A stretch of DNA of 60,972 nucleotides, counting the filler, from Gonapodya sp. JEL0774 (taxonomy: Eukaryota), in NCBI GenBank assembly GCA_027604505.1. It is 13 parts of 13 records of this genome, joined end to end, with 100 filler letters (N's around TTAATTAATTAA, not from the genome) between each part and the next. Parts side by side here need not be neighbours in the genome. Positions count along the whole stretch, not along the records: positions 9,444 to 14,054 come from JADIIX010000902.1; positions 14,155 to 18,763 come from JADIIX010000903.1; positions 18,864 to 23,468 come from JADIIX010000904.1; positions 23,569 to 28,163 come from JADIIX010000905.1; 9 more parts are not named here. The stretch is one strand, 5' to 3'. The position numbers and the translations under genes are program-made. Positions 11,086-23,877 of the stretch are shown one piece after another (within the stretch, counting starts at the first letter, position 1; each line of letters opens with the position of its first letter). The notes under the pieces were generated by a model that saw only the letters and a program-made list of their open reading frames with translations, was not told the origin of the DNA and did not search any database.

Positions 11086-14036
11086 CTAAACCTGGACTTC
11101 CATTCCCACCCTCTCGACACCGCCTTGCTTCCCCCGCTGACCAAACTTCCGCATCGCAATCGGGACCGACCGCGACCTGGTCGTCCTCTTCTCGGGCAGT
11201 CCCAGACCTCCACCGTGTGCGATGGCCTCGAGCTGCTCGGCAATCGAGTGGGAAGGAATGGTCTTTGCGAGGTGGGGAAGTGGTAGGGGCAGGTCATCCC
11301 CTGTCCCACCACCACCACCGTTCCTTCCGATCCCCAGTGCCATCCGATCCGACCGTTCCATCAGATCAGATATCATGACCTGCTGCCGGGTCTCCTTGCA
11401 CCCGCGCTGGGGAAAGCTCCCCTCCCACACCACAGGTTCCACCAGGTGTTGCTCGATCTTGCTGCCCGTCGTAGACTCCCCACTCCGACCCACCGAGCTC
11501 CCAAGCCTCTCCGATCCCGTCCGGGTCTCTTTCGCCCCGCCCACTCCCGCCCGCCCCACTCCCTTCGTCCCAACTCGCGGAACCAGGTACACTTCACCAG
11601 CAGCTTGCACCTTGTACACCCTCGCGCCGGAATTTTCCACTCCGATGGGTGGTCGGTAGAATATGGCGGGTTGTGTGGCCAATGGCGCGGAAGGAGGCGT
11701 GCGTTTTGCGAGCGTGATGGACGCGGTGGGGACGCGGGTCCCCCGCTTGGAGGCTGGGGGTTTAGGCGCGGGGTCGGGAGCAATCAATGACGGTTCCGCG
11801 TCTGTCCGACTCATAGGCTCCGAGCTCGTCCGGTTCTGCCCTTGGCCCCGCCCACCAATCCCCTTGGTAGCCACAGCCGGCACGTCCACCCCGCCCTTCC
11901 ACCCCGCCGCGATCTGCTGCTCTCTCACGAACAGGTCCCGCAACGTCCGTTTGGTGTCGCGAGCGAGACGGGCGAACTCGAGGGTAACCGGGTCGGCGGA
12001 GGGGGCGTGCGGGAGGCGGAGGTAGGGGATGTGGTGGGCGGGGACTGCGGGTGGGGCGGTGATGTGGTAAAAAGCGTTCCGTTAAGCCGCGAGGACGATC
12101 GAAGTGGAAAGCAACCGCTGAGGTTTTCTTTTCACATTTCATTTTCCGCTTTCCTTCTAATTTTACTTTCCTTTTCTTTTTACTTTTCCTGTTTTCTTTT
12201 CCTTTTCCTCTTCCTTTTCATTCGGCTGGTGCGTGCGTGTGTGGTTGGCAACTCACCCGGCTCCACCCTCCTCATGACCGACTGCACCGGCGACGACTGG
12301 GGTCTCATGTCCTTCTCCCTTTCGCTGCCTTCCCTTTCCCTCCTCTCCGTTCCCTTCCACTCCTCCCGCTCGCTCCCGTCCCCAGTCTTGCGAAAGAGGT
12401 ACCTCAACAACCCGGGCGGGAAGGTGTGCCCCTGCGGCACACCCACACCCACGCCCATTTCCGTCGCCCCGGCCTGCCCGGCCACCTCCATCGCCGTATC
12501 CACCGCATCCTCCGCCGCCGCAACGTCTGGCCATGTCTTGGAGGGTGCCAGAAGCTGCGTCGCCTTAACCTTGCCGTGCTGCTGCGGGTGCGGGTGCGGA
12601 ATCTTGTGGTGTTTTGTGTGCGCGGAAAGTGTCGAAGATGAGGACGCGGTGGGTCGGCTCTCGATCCCTCCTTGTGCTCGCACACCCACACCGGCACGGA
12701 CCGGACCGGGCAACACAGAGTCGTCCACCTCGGCCACCACGGTGCGCTTGCGGCGGTCGAAAATATCCGAGAGGGAGAGGAGGAGGGTGGGGTCGGAGGG
12801 GTGGTTGAGGGGGGGCAGAGTGGGGGTAAGTGACCGCGGGTGGATGGATGCGCTAGAGTGCGGGTCGAGGGATCGGTACCCGGCGTGGATGAACCTATGG
12901 GGGAACACCAGACCGCCCAGCGCGTTCGGCGAGGTTCGCCCCCCGCCGTGGCTGTGGTGGCCCAGTGCGCGTGGGTCGGTACCGGTGCCACCCTCGCCCT
13001 CGTCAGACCTCTCAAACTCCCCCACCACCGCCCCTCGCGTGGGCATCACGCAAAACCACGTCGTTTCTATCCTTCTGGCGGCCGCCGTGGCTTCCTTGCC
13101 GGGTCTGGAGTACAACGCCGCCTTGCGACCCTGGCCATGGCCGGTGCGTCGTGTGCTGCGTTTGCGGAAGGGTTGGAGCATGAGGAAGGGGGGGCGTTTG
13201 AGACGGGAGGGGCGGTTGGGGTCGTGGGATGGGTCAGAGGGGAGGGCGAGGGAGATGAAGTTGACGGTTTGGGGCGTGCGAGGGCGGGTGGGAGTGGGGG
13301 TGGATGAGGTGGCGGGGGGCTCGGAAGCGGGGCCGTTTGGTGGGACGGGCGTGGTCGTCGGGGGGAGGGCGAGGTCCGAACCGAGGGACGGATCGGCCTC
13401 GGAGATGGTGGGAACAGTGGTATCGGCAGTGGTGTCGGTGGTGTCGGGGACGGAACTCCTGACTGGGTGTCTGTCCTCGTCGGAGTCCGAGTCTGAGACG
13501 GCAAGGTCATGGCCCGGTTCTTGTTCTTGTACTTGTTCTCTGACAGGTAACGGTTTCTCCAATTCGTGTTCGAAATTCAACTTTTCTCCTACACTCGCCC
13601 TCGCCGTGATTTCATTGTGTTGCGAACTCGAGCTCGAACTCGACGATTTATCTTCGAGACTTGGCGATGACAGTTCTGCTCCTCCGTTCTGTTCTTCATT
13701 GTGACTATTGTCGTCCCTGCTGCCGTCTTCACCTTCCCCCTGCCGATCCCCCCGATCCGGCACCACCACCGCATTCTTCGCCTTGAGACTCTCCAAGAAC
13801 CTCTTGAAATGATCGTCCAGCGATGGCCCGCCATCCGCGGCCGATGCCCACCACTCTTTCGGATTTGCTCGCTTCCCTCCCTCCTCCCCGTCGTCGTCTT
13901 CGTCTCCGGCTCCAGTTCGATTCAGCGCCGGCTCGGACGGTGCGACGATGCGGTCGATGGAATTTCGCTGAGATCGATGGGTGAGATAAGAAGTGCTTTT
14001 GGAAGTCTTGCGGGATGGGGGGGAATGGTTGGGCAT
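11086..14036 (-). CDS. Large low-complexity hypothetical protein (probably two exons)
   Basis: The 618-aa and 285-aa minus-strand ORFs can be joined by an intron from a GTGAGT donor near 12257 to a CGCAG acceptor near 12045. No family recognised. Confidence 0.6.
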
Positions 14037-14810
14037 TTCGGTTTCATAGCGGTGNNNNNNNNNNNNNNNNNNNNNNNNNNNNNNNNNNNNNNNNNNNNTT
14101 AATTAATTAANNNNNNNNNNNNNNNNNNNNNNNNNNNNNNNNNNNNNNNNNNNNGCTTGACTCCTCATGAGGGTGCACCCCTTGTCCTCTTTTTCATTTC
14201 CCTTTTCGTCAGCGCCGTTCCATACACCTGCCCAAACAGAAGAGAATAAAGTACAATTTAGACCTTCGTTCGTAGAGCAATCGCGTTCGGCTGCTTTATC
14301 TTAGGGTGAACCAAACTCGCATAACGCCGTGCTAGGTTTCTCGCTGAGCGGTACATGAGGGACCACGGCTTCTCGACGATTTGTTGATGCCGCAGCGGAA
14401 GACGAAGCTCAAATGCTTTTTGTCTCTGAACTGGGATGTTTGATGTTCTTGTTTTAATATCATGCTGTGCATTAGAGTCGAGGTATATATAAGCGGACGT
14501 CAGGATGTGCATCCGCGTTACCAGTCTTTCCAACGGCACTCTGTACTAAGATTTTTTTGAGCGCGTGGGCCTCCATATGCATAATATTTATGAAGCTCAT
14601 TTCTTTGCCGGCATCACAAAAGCACAAAGCGCATGCGCATTCAAGAGCACCAGGATCGCAGTTGGTTCGACTTTGCTTCCAGAAGCTGACACTCTCAATC
14701 TTTGCAGCAGCTTGACCTCTGCAATGATGATCGAATGATTTGCTTATATGTGGTTTGTTCTAGTTGTGAAACCGCACCCGTTCTGCACCACCGCATCAGT
14801 CTTCAGAACT

Positions 14811-15684
14811 ATGGACCACGAACACCACAACATGCCCTCCATGCCATCTGATGGAGACCAAATGCACTCAATGTCGATGGTCTGGAACTGGGACTCAAGT
14901 ACGCTGGACAGTCTGGTTGTCCCTCCTCACGAATGGTCTTGACCTGCTTCCACTCGTTCTGCTACGAAGATCTCACGATCGTCTTCCCATTCTGGAAAAC
15001 ACACTCATTTTCTCAACTTGTGTTCGCTTGCGTCGCTGTGTTCTCCCTGGCTGTCGCCTACGAGTGGCTGCAGGTGAGACCATAACCATTCGGGAATGGG
15101 TCCCTCAAACACTCTCCTGCAGCTCAAGCCTCCCCAATTGTAGAATTTCCGCCGCTCTCATGATCGTGCGATTGTTTCTGCCGCCTCTCTTCGGCGGAAG
15201 AAGGGAGATTCGGATGGCGAATCACGGCCCTTGTCACCAGATGATCCCATTCGGCCCCTCTTGGCTGGACAGGGAGAGTTAGGGGTCGTAAAGGCGAGGT
15301 ACGCACTTTATTGCTCTCTTACTATACTATTGGGAGTTCGACCGAATGTATCGCACCGTCCCTCTGCATGGTGAACCTCCTCAACGGGAATATCGTGATT
15401 CAGCGACTCTCAACAATTCACCCGGTCTGGACTCCACTTCGTATCTGTGTTCCTTGGATACTTCCTCAGTATGTACTTGGACTTCGTCGTGACCGTCTCG
15501 TTCCCGTTCCAACACTTTTGTCTCTGCACATGCTCAACTACAACCATTAGTGCTCGTTTCGATGACCTTCAACGGCTACATCATCTTTTCAATAGCAGCT
15601 GGTGCGGGCACTGGATACTTCTTGTTTGCCAAGGAGGTGATTGTCTCGAACCCTGGTTCTGGCGATGCGGGGTCGTGTCATTAG
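14811..15684 (+). CDS. CTR: Ctr family copper transporter (multi-exon)
   Basis: His/Met-rich N-terminus [11 protein letters not shown]...[12 protein letters not shown]1 ...[10 protein letters not shown]2 GYFL|MLVSMTFN carrying the MxxxM motif; TM3 GAGTG (GxxxG); C-terminal ...GSCH*. Confidence 0.92.
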
Positions 15685-16031
15685 ACAGACGAGATGGCGT
15701 CTGGACCTGAAATGAACATGTTCGGGACACTCGAAGCCCTGCCCATTGCTTCTTCTAGTATACTTGTACGGTTGATTTATCTCGTGATTCTTTTTTCAAC
15801 GGGGTTTGCGCAATTCGTATCTGGTATATCAAAATATCACAAGCCATACCCAGTGATCTTCCAACTTACTTGCTCACACTCATTACTGTTGAACCTGCCA
15901 GCAATCATTTGTATCAAGTCACAGTTGGCGATTATCTTTATCACTTAGAAAAGCCATGCAATGTCTACGGAACCGAGGACGGACCCAGCCGCTCGAAATC
16001 TTCTACCTCTCCCATACAATTGTTTTTCTGT

Positions 16032-17274
16032 TCACCAAGGAGACGGAATCTTTATCTTCCCACCTTGCAAGTTTTGAGCGGCTGCGACGGTCGTTGCCGC
16101 GGGGGCCACTGCAACCGTTGTCGCCTTCGCCTTCTTCGCGGCGTTTTTGGACGCTTTTGCGGCCTTCTTGGAAGCCTTGGCGGCTTTTTCGGCCGCCTCC
16201 TTGGCCTGCTTTGGTGATAAGGTGGTGGTGCCGGTGGCTACAGGTGGGAGGGTGACCGAGACTGCAGCCACTGACGGTGATGCGACGACAGCAGTCGCTG
16301 CAGGGTCGATGGGGACGGCAGATGCGACTGGAGCTGCGGTGGCTACTGTTGTGGCACCGGGTCGTGATTTCGTAGTGATGGGTTCGACGACTGGGGCGGC
16401 GGCGGCAGTTGTGGGGGCTGCGGCAGGGGCAGCAGGTGCGGCTCCTCCGACTTCCAAAAATCGTGAATGGCGTTGAACATGGGTTCCGGTATATGCGACT
16501 ACCGTTTAACTCACCTGTGGCAACAAACATCCCGGGAACCGCAGTGTACCACGTTTTTTTGTTGGCACCAACGACTGAGCCGTTCAATGAGATCAGTAAG
16601 CCAGCGTCACGCGAACCAATAATGGATGAGACTCACCAACCGCTTCTGCAGCAAGTTGCATCCCAGCTGTGACGGCAGCATCTGGAGTCCAGGTAAATGT
16701 CAGCTGGGTCTTGGCGTTGGCCATGAAGTGTCCCAGCGTGCTGTTTGCCCCTGACGACGCCCCAGACATTGCGGTACAGTCCTTGCCTCGGAGACCGATG
16801 TTTGCGAGTCCGGCCATGTCGAATGTACCGACATGCTGGCTTCCAGCCACATCACGGACCCAGAGAACTTTGGAACAAGATGGATCGATTGATCTAGTTG
16901 AGTATGTGCAGGAGTTTTTGAGGGACGGAACTAACAGAACTCACTGAGACCGTTGTACGACGTGATTCCTGTGAGAGCGACTTGGTAAGATGCACCCATC
17001 GGCGTCACTTGCATGGTTGCCTGTGGTGCCATTCCGGTTCCGTGGACGTTGGTCATCCTGTTGACGGGTTTACCGACAAGAGCCAACAGAGTCCAGCAGA
17101 AAAACAGCCATTCGAGAGAAAGGAACAATTTCAACTGCGGTGGATCTCATAGGCAACTCACTGAGCGCTTTGTGTGTCGGCATAGACACATACGGGTGCA
17201 CCGCCTTGCGGGAAAGCGTTTGCGAAGGCGACAACAGAAGCAAGCGCGGAAAGGAGTGAGATGATTGATGGCAT
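16032..17274 (-). CDS. Secreted Reeler-domain protein with an Ala/Pro/Thr-rich stalk and Lys/Ala-rich tail
   Basis: Signal peptide MPSIISLLSALASVVAFANA, then Reeler-like motifs across exons: FPQGGAPVC, MTNVHG, YQVAL..YNGL, HVGTF, C..NSTLGH, KTQLTFTWTP and KTWY. Confidence 0.7.
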
Positions 17275-18863
17275 CGCGGGCAGTCGATGGAGGACAAAAA
17301 ATTGTAGGAATCGCTGGGTAACAACGCTGGGAAATATGTGGGGGGATCACGATGTGATCTGTGAACAATGTGCCGGAGGCATCAACGGCCAGGGAGTGCT
17401 GCCGTATTACTCCGCTCAGGAATGCGACCGAATGCCAAGACATGACAAGCGAGTACAGCAGAAACAATACTCTTGCATCACTATTAGATGCTAAAAATGG
17501 TCGGGTTTCTCCGAATATTGATTGAGATAATAGAGAGCGCCGGATCTCGATTCTTGTGTACACTTTCAAACGGTGGTGAACGATGGCGGTACTGACATTC
17601 CAATGTGATTATCAATGTGAGCCAGTGTAACATCAAATGAAAGGAAAACTACTTCTTGAGAAAGGAAAAGTACCCTGACTCATGAAAAAGTTGGGGCACC
17701 AGGTTGGATCGTCACCATGTCAACAAGCCCGGCCGCACAAATCTGCAGTACAGAGACCACTTTTCGGGTCCGCTTTGTGTTCCGTGCAACTAGACTTGCG
17801 ACGCATGAGCTCTAGACAAATATGGATTCGTATCGATCAGTTTTCTGGAAGATGCATGACCCAAGTTCGCGATCAAATATGACGATGACAGGACATGTCA
17901 GTTGCAGGGCACAGACCTAGTCCATAAAACGGAGAGCGAGGCTGGAAGATACCAACTCATACCCATGTAAAAGTTCATGGCAGTGGTGCAGATAGCGATT
18001 GGAGAAAATCTGCTTGCGGTTTGAACAAGAGGCTGAAAGCTGTCTGATGGCCTTGCATAATACCCCAGGCAGTGCAGATGTGGTATATCCAATGTGAGAT
18101 GAAGTAAAGGGAATGCTTATTAGGCGTGCTGTGCTCGGAAGAGCGTCTGACGAGGCTTCACGAAACGCTTTAATGTATTCAAACTACGCTGAATGCCCTA
18201 CACTAGATTACTATCAGAGACAAATACTGCAACAAAAGAAAATATGTTATCCTTCTGGGGAACAGAACACCACCACAACCAATTGAGATAAGTTATACCA
18301 GGCGCGCTCAAACCGCGTTAATTCCATTTCTTTCCACCTCTCCCGTTCTGATAGCCCGTGATGGGTGACAAGCACACGAAATCCCATCACAATCTCAGCT
18401 CAAATACGCTCCCACACCAACGCCGCCCAAAATCGCCACTCCATTTACCAGCACTTCAGCTCCTGGCGGTTGCAGAGGTTCGGGTTGCACGGGCTGGTTG
18501 TCCTCTCCGACGCAGGTCTCACACGTGGGGTACCTTCTCCTGTGGTGATGGGAATGTCCACTTTCGCGGTGGTGATGACGTGGGTGAGGCCTTCCGCGTT
18601 CATCGCCGAATCCACCGAGGATCCCGATGCCAGAAACGTCGGCTGCTTGCGAGACGGAGAGCTCGACGCCAATGCCACCGCTACGCGAGTAGAAAGAGTG
18701 AGAGTAAGCATGATGCAGTGCCGTCGTGGACGGAACGCTTCAGCTGTATGAACTACTCACAGCNNNNNNNNNNNNNNNNNNNNNNNNNNNNNNNNNNNNN
18801 NNNNNNNTTAATTAATTAANNNNNNNNNNNNNNNNNNNNNNNNNNNNNNNNNNNNNNNNNNNN

Positions 18864-20090
18864 TGAGGGAGGATGTCCGCGTAGTCCTCTTCCCTGATGT
18901 TGTCGTCGCGAGAGATGTGCAGCGCCGTAAGGTGGCGGGACGAGAGTATCAAGGGCGACAGGTCAACTCGACTGCGGATCTCTCGCGGGAAGTCGGAGAA
19001 GCACTGGACCGAGGAGAGGACCAGCTCGCGCAGGGTCGCAGCCGTACTGCGCGCCAGACGCGCCACGATGTCTGCCGCGTACTCGGCGCCAAAGATTTGA
19101 ACGTGGGTGAGACTCAATGATTCGAGGTGGTCGAGGGGCAGATTGTTATCGCCGGCCAACAGGTACCGGTGGGAACGGAAAGTGACGCAGCTGACACTCA
19201 GGCGCCGGAGGCAGGCGAAGTGCTTCAAGGTGGGGAGGAGGTCCCTCTCTCCCCGGAAGATCTCACTGCGGTCGGTGATAGGGACGATAGAGCCACCTGT
19301 GTTCAGTTCGATCACGTGATGAAGAAGAGCGAGGTCCTGGGCTGTTGTATCGTTTGCGTCACCGGTCTCCCAATCCGTCCCGTCCGCGACACAAAAGCTC
19401 AGCGTTCTCAGCCGTGGGCAGAGTAAGTGTACACGTCTCAGCGGGAACCTCGACGGCATGGGGTTCATTCCGTCGGGCCTGACCGGCGGCACCTCGAGGG
19501 CTTCCAACTTTGGGCACCCGCCGAGCATACCCCAGAGATCGATCCATTCGTCGGCAAGAATGGGACCTTCCACGCGAATGCTGATGATATTGTGGAGGGA
19601 TTTGGCGACCGCACCGGCGATGGACGCGATGTTGGGGGAGAGTCTGCAGATCCGTGCGTCAAGGTTCGGATTCGCAAGCGAGACCAGCTCGTGATAGAGG
19701 TCAAACAGGCTCCCCGGAGATCGTCTCTTGATGTAAAGCTCACGAATCGGGAAGAAATATGCCGTTCCTGTCGCGGTGGTCCACACCTCTTCCACCTGAA
19801 CCCGCCGGGTCACATCCCTTTCGCACCTGAATGTCGCCCTGCTCCAAAGACGCGCACGAGCTGGGAAGGAAAGAGCACGACTACATATGCATTTCGGGTA
19901 TCCCGGCGACCAAGTGCCTTCGAATCAAGACAAACAAAAAACGCTAACAATGGAACCAAACTCCCCTCGGCACTCACCACACCAGAGAAAGCGCCTTCAG
20001 GTCCTCCGTGGATAGAGAGCAGGCCACTATTTTCTCGGCGATCTCCAGCGGAATCCGTGGGGCAGGATTTCCGTGGAAGCGGATCGACAT
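18864..20090 (-). CDS. F-box / RNI-like leucine-rich repeat protein (3' partial)
   Basis: Exon 1 is MSIRFHGNPAPRIPLEIAEKIVACSLSTEDLKALSLV (F-box) ending at GTGAGT. The long second exon has LxxLxL repeats (CPKLEALEV, CPRLRTLSF, LRRLSV, LESLSL, LTALHI). Confidence 0.75.
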
Positions 20091-20221
20091 CGTGGTGGCG
20101 TTGGCCGCTGGGAAGATTGCACGTGAGTCACGGTGCAGCCTCCATGCTCACGCAACAACACTTAAAAGTAACTTGTTCTGTTATGTTTGATGTAATTACA
20201 GGGAAAATACTTCTGTCCAGT

Positions 20222-21825
20222 CTACAGGTAAGTTTTCGTCATCTTCTCCTCGAAGTACTGTAAATTTCGCACATCGACGTTCAGCTCACAATCATCACCG
20301 ACTGTATACAGAAGAACATGACTCCTCAGATATCTCACCTTTTGGCTCACAATCGGCGGGTACTTCGCTCCTTCCGGACCCAAGCATGTGGGAAGGCATT
20401 CGATCACCGCGTCAGGATTGGGCTGCTGGAAAAATATAAAGCTGAAGAAAGCGGCGCCGTCAGAACCACGCGGGATTTTAGAGAGAATGCGTCGAAAGCG
20501 GGGATGTACCTATGTCGGGGTTTGTCCATGGAGGTGTTGGCCACTCGGTGCATCGAGCTGAGAAAGCGGTCGTTGGTCCACCTCATGAGAGTGTCACCTG
20601 TCGACAATAGGCTGAATGAGGACTTGTGTAAAGTGGACTGTCGAGCTTGAGCAACGTGTAACTCACCGATGTTGAGAACGTAAGTGCCCTCGATGACGGG
20701 AACATCAATCCACCTGACAAACGACAATGCCATGAACACGAGAAGAAGACATCACCATCCAGCTGGTTTGAGTTTGAAGCACCCACACATCGTTGACTGT
20801 TTGGACTTGAAGACCACCCGCACCGTACCCAGGTGACGAATCTTGGAGAAGAATGGTGAAAATCCCTCTGGGGAGAGAGGAGTGATAACAGTGGATCGTT
20901 CAGCGCACTGTCCGGCGACATAAAACCAACATTCATCACACTCACGCGTCAGTGTGTGCTCCTTTGCGGTTGTTTGGTTCGTCTGCGGACGTTCTGAAGT
21001 AGTCTGTCGAGTAGCATGACAAGGAGATGTTTGAACAATGATTGTGGTGGTGAAGGAGCCACTGTCTTCAGACGAAAACTCACATGCAGACATCAAATTC
21101 GAAGGGTGGTTGTCGAAAAACTTGACAAAATAGTCTTCGGGAAGATCCAATCCGAGGGCAATGATGCGGAGCATCACCTTCAAACCAGTCCGAGAAGTGA
21201 GCCAACTGTGCCACATCTGTAGCACATGAACCACGGACTCACCCTGCCAAACTCCTCCACTTTTGAATAGTATTCGCTCCACGATTCCTTGAATCCGGGT
21301 ACCGAATCTTCTGGGAAAATGTTGTTCTCCAGTCCCTTGGGATATCGGTTGATTCGATAGGTCTCCCTGAGGTCGCCGTCTTTTGAAAGGGCAGCTTCAC
21401 CGCGAGGGCCATCGTGGTCGCGAGAGTGATCAGATTCTGAGCCTTTGATGGGGCCCCCCTTGTACTTTGGGCTGCAAGGCCGGAGCGACACGGTTATCAA
21501 CATCAGATTGAAGGTTTTGGGAATAACCGGGAAAAACTTACGATCCTCTTCCTCCAACATATCCAGTGTACAGAGCAATCTCTCGTTCCGCCATGTACTT
21601 GCACTTCTTTTCGAGTGGGAGCGTGTAGAAATCGTGCGCTGTCGACAGAGCCGCTTCGATAGTCTTTGGCGGTACTGGGTGCCCTTTTATGATCAAGAAG
21701 CCGATGTTCTCGCACGCGCTTTTGACTTCCTTGACAACATTGAGTCTGGCTTCTTCCGATCCTCCTTGCCAGAACGGAGCGATGTCGATGACGGGGATGG
21801 CCTCGGGAGAAAGTCTGTGGGGCAT
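20222..21825 (-). CDS. 2-oxoglutarate/Fe(II) dioxygenase, isopenicillin-N-synthase-like (DIOX_N + 2OG-FeII_Oxy)
   Basis: IPVIDIAPF...ACENIGFLIIKGHPVP, DLRETY, KEHTD (HxD), GGLQV, WIDVP...LNIG|DTLMRWTNDRFLSSMHRV and IECLPTC...KYPPI. Confidence 0.92.
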
Positions 21826-22513
21826 CGGCGGAGGGCGAGCGGGAACACTTGAGTGATTAGAAATATGATGGAATTGTCTGATGGACGATCGCACAGCTTT
21901 TGAGGCGAACGATCACAGATTTTGGTGCGGAAGAATGTCTGCAGGGTGGTCCCGCAGCAGGGAAGCCTCGGAAGCAAAGTCACAGCCATGAAGTTATTCG
22001 TTTGCGACAACTAAACGAAGATGCTATGTCAATCGAAAATCCTTCTTGAGCATTTATCCACTCTTCATTCGCGATCCAATGTTTTCGAGAGGATGAATGT
22101 ATGGACGTCAGGGCCATTACATTCTATATACAACATGAACCGACAAGAGTACATATTGAAAGCGACGCCATGATTGCGTTCAAAATGATATCAATCTATA
22201 GAAACACATTGATACAAGAGACCGGTCGAGAGTGCAGTCTCCCAAGACAACAATAACCATGTGCTCTTCAAATGCCTGGGCGGGATCAGGTGCCGTGAGT
22301 CCGCAAGATTGAGATTTTAGTCTACCATTGTTGTGCGATGCCCGCAATCTCACGTCCACGCATCACGAAAGCCTATCACCGAGGTCCGCTCGTTCCTCAG
22401 TCCCGGCGTCCCTGCCTCCCACCTCCAGTCTCTGTAATCGGCCATGTCATTGGGAGCCGCGAGAGCCACCTCAAGTTCCCCGATCCCATCCCTCACAATA
22501 TGTGGTTCAACAA

Positions 22514-23437
22514 TCAACTCGACAAAATTCGCACCTTGTCAGCTACCACCACCGCCTTCCCCGTCCCGTCCCACGTTCCGAGCACCTTTGGCCACGACTG
22601 CAATCCCCACACCATGTCAAATTTCCACTTGCTGTCCTCCAGGCACTCTCCCAACGGTTTTCCGTCGGCGTCCTCAATGTGAACCTCGATTCGGGCGGCA
22701 GTCGTCGTCATTTTCTTGATGAGGGTCGTGAGAAACAATCCAGGGACAAGCGAGGCGCTCCGTCCGTGGCGAAAGAGTGCGATGTTGACCGTCACACGGT
22801 CAAGTGCCGGGAACTGGCTCAGAAACCCAAGGGTCTCCTCAACCACTTTGGACTGCTTACAAGGTTGAAATGCTACCTGTGTGTAATAGTGGACGTGGAG
22901 CACACGAACAGTCGGCCGCAGGACACGTGGCGAGGTGGGCGAGTGATGAACTAGGTACGGATGCTCGGCTGTGGGGACTGTGAGTACCAGTGTACCAAGC
23001 TCGCAGATATTAGGAAAGACATTTATTGCGTTGATGAGTGCCATAGAATCAAGAGGTGGAGGTCGTTTGTCCTTGGAGAAATTGTTACGGAGCTTCAAAA
23101 TAGAGTGCCGGCGGTGTTCAGAAATCAACTCGGTCATGGGAATTGTTTCAATGTTGTGCATAAAACAGTAGAATGAATTGCCTTGTAGTTCCGTGGCGTT
23201 CGGAAATCGTTGGAGGACGTGTGCCACCAAAGATTCCTCGCCGGTCACAAGACAGTCGTCTGTGTCACTGACGGCAGACACGACAGATATAACGGAGTCC
23301 ATGACAATGGGGTCAGGAAGGCTCTTCAGCAAATGGCAGGCAGTCCGGTCGAGCGTGAAGCGCGGGACGCGCCAAGCGCGAACCAACTGAACGAGATCGC
23401 GAAATACGGCTCCATTTGGATTGTCTAAGGAACTCAT
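22514..23437 (-). CDS. Hypothetical protein, possibly a divergent LRR-like C-terminal part (may be 5' partial)
   Basis: 307-aa ORF with FPNATEL, FPNICELGTL and FPALDRVTV segments. The frame starts near the contig end. Confidence 0.55.
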   Translation of the reverse strand: MSSLDNPNGAVFRDLVQLVRAWRVPRFTLDRTACHLLKSLPDPIVMDSVISVVSAVSDTDDCLVTGEESLVAHVLQRFPNATELQGNSFYCFMHNIETIPMTELISEHRRHSILKLRNNFSKDKRPPPLDSMALINAINVFPNICELGTLVLTVPTAEHPYLVHHSPTSPRVLRPTVRVLHVHYYTQVAFQPCKQSKVVEETLGFLSQFPALDRVTVNIALFRHGRSASLVPGLFLTTLIKKMTTTAARIEVHIEDADGKPLGECLEDSKWKFDMVWGLQSWPKVLGTWDGTGKAVVVADKVRILSS

Positions 23438-23877
23438 TGAGCGAAGGTCCTCCTCATAAAGGCGTGTCNNNNNNNNNNNNNNNNNNNNNNNNNNNNNNNN
23501 NNNNNNNNNNNNTTAATTAATTAANNNNNNNNNNNNNNNNNNNNNNNNNNNNNNNNNNNNNNNNNNNNAGACTGCGTGATCAGTTTGTGTCGATACATGA
23601 AATATTTGTCCGTCTTGCCGATATGAACATCATCGCAATCAATTGCGCTATGAAAATGTAAATCTATTGTCACTGTTCAGATAAGCAACTCAATGGGCGA
23701 AGAATCATACGAATGTGATAGATACTGTGGTCTCGGAGCATCACATAATATCTGTGTAAGGTCCGAATACACCGCGATTACTGATATTTCTTCGGCACCA
23801 CAATCGGTATTCCTGGCACGGCGGTGTGACTTCTATAAGCTAATTGCATTTAGTATGGACTGCCTTGAAATGTTTGT

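Noticed and set aside
11842..13704. 620-aa plus-strand ORF
   Set aside because: It is the antisense shadow of the GC-rich minus-strand gene and reads through the intronic pyrimidine tract (FLFLFLF).
18400..18763. Probable last exon of a minus-strand gene at the contig end
   Set aside because: Three frames are plausible after the acceptor and none is recognisable, so I made no call.
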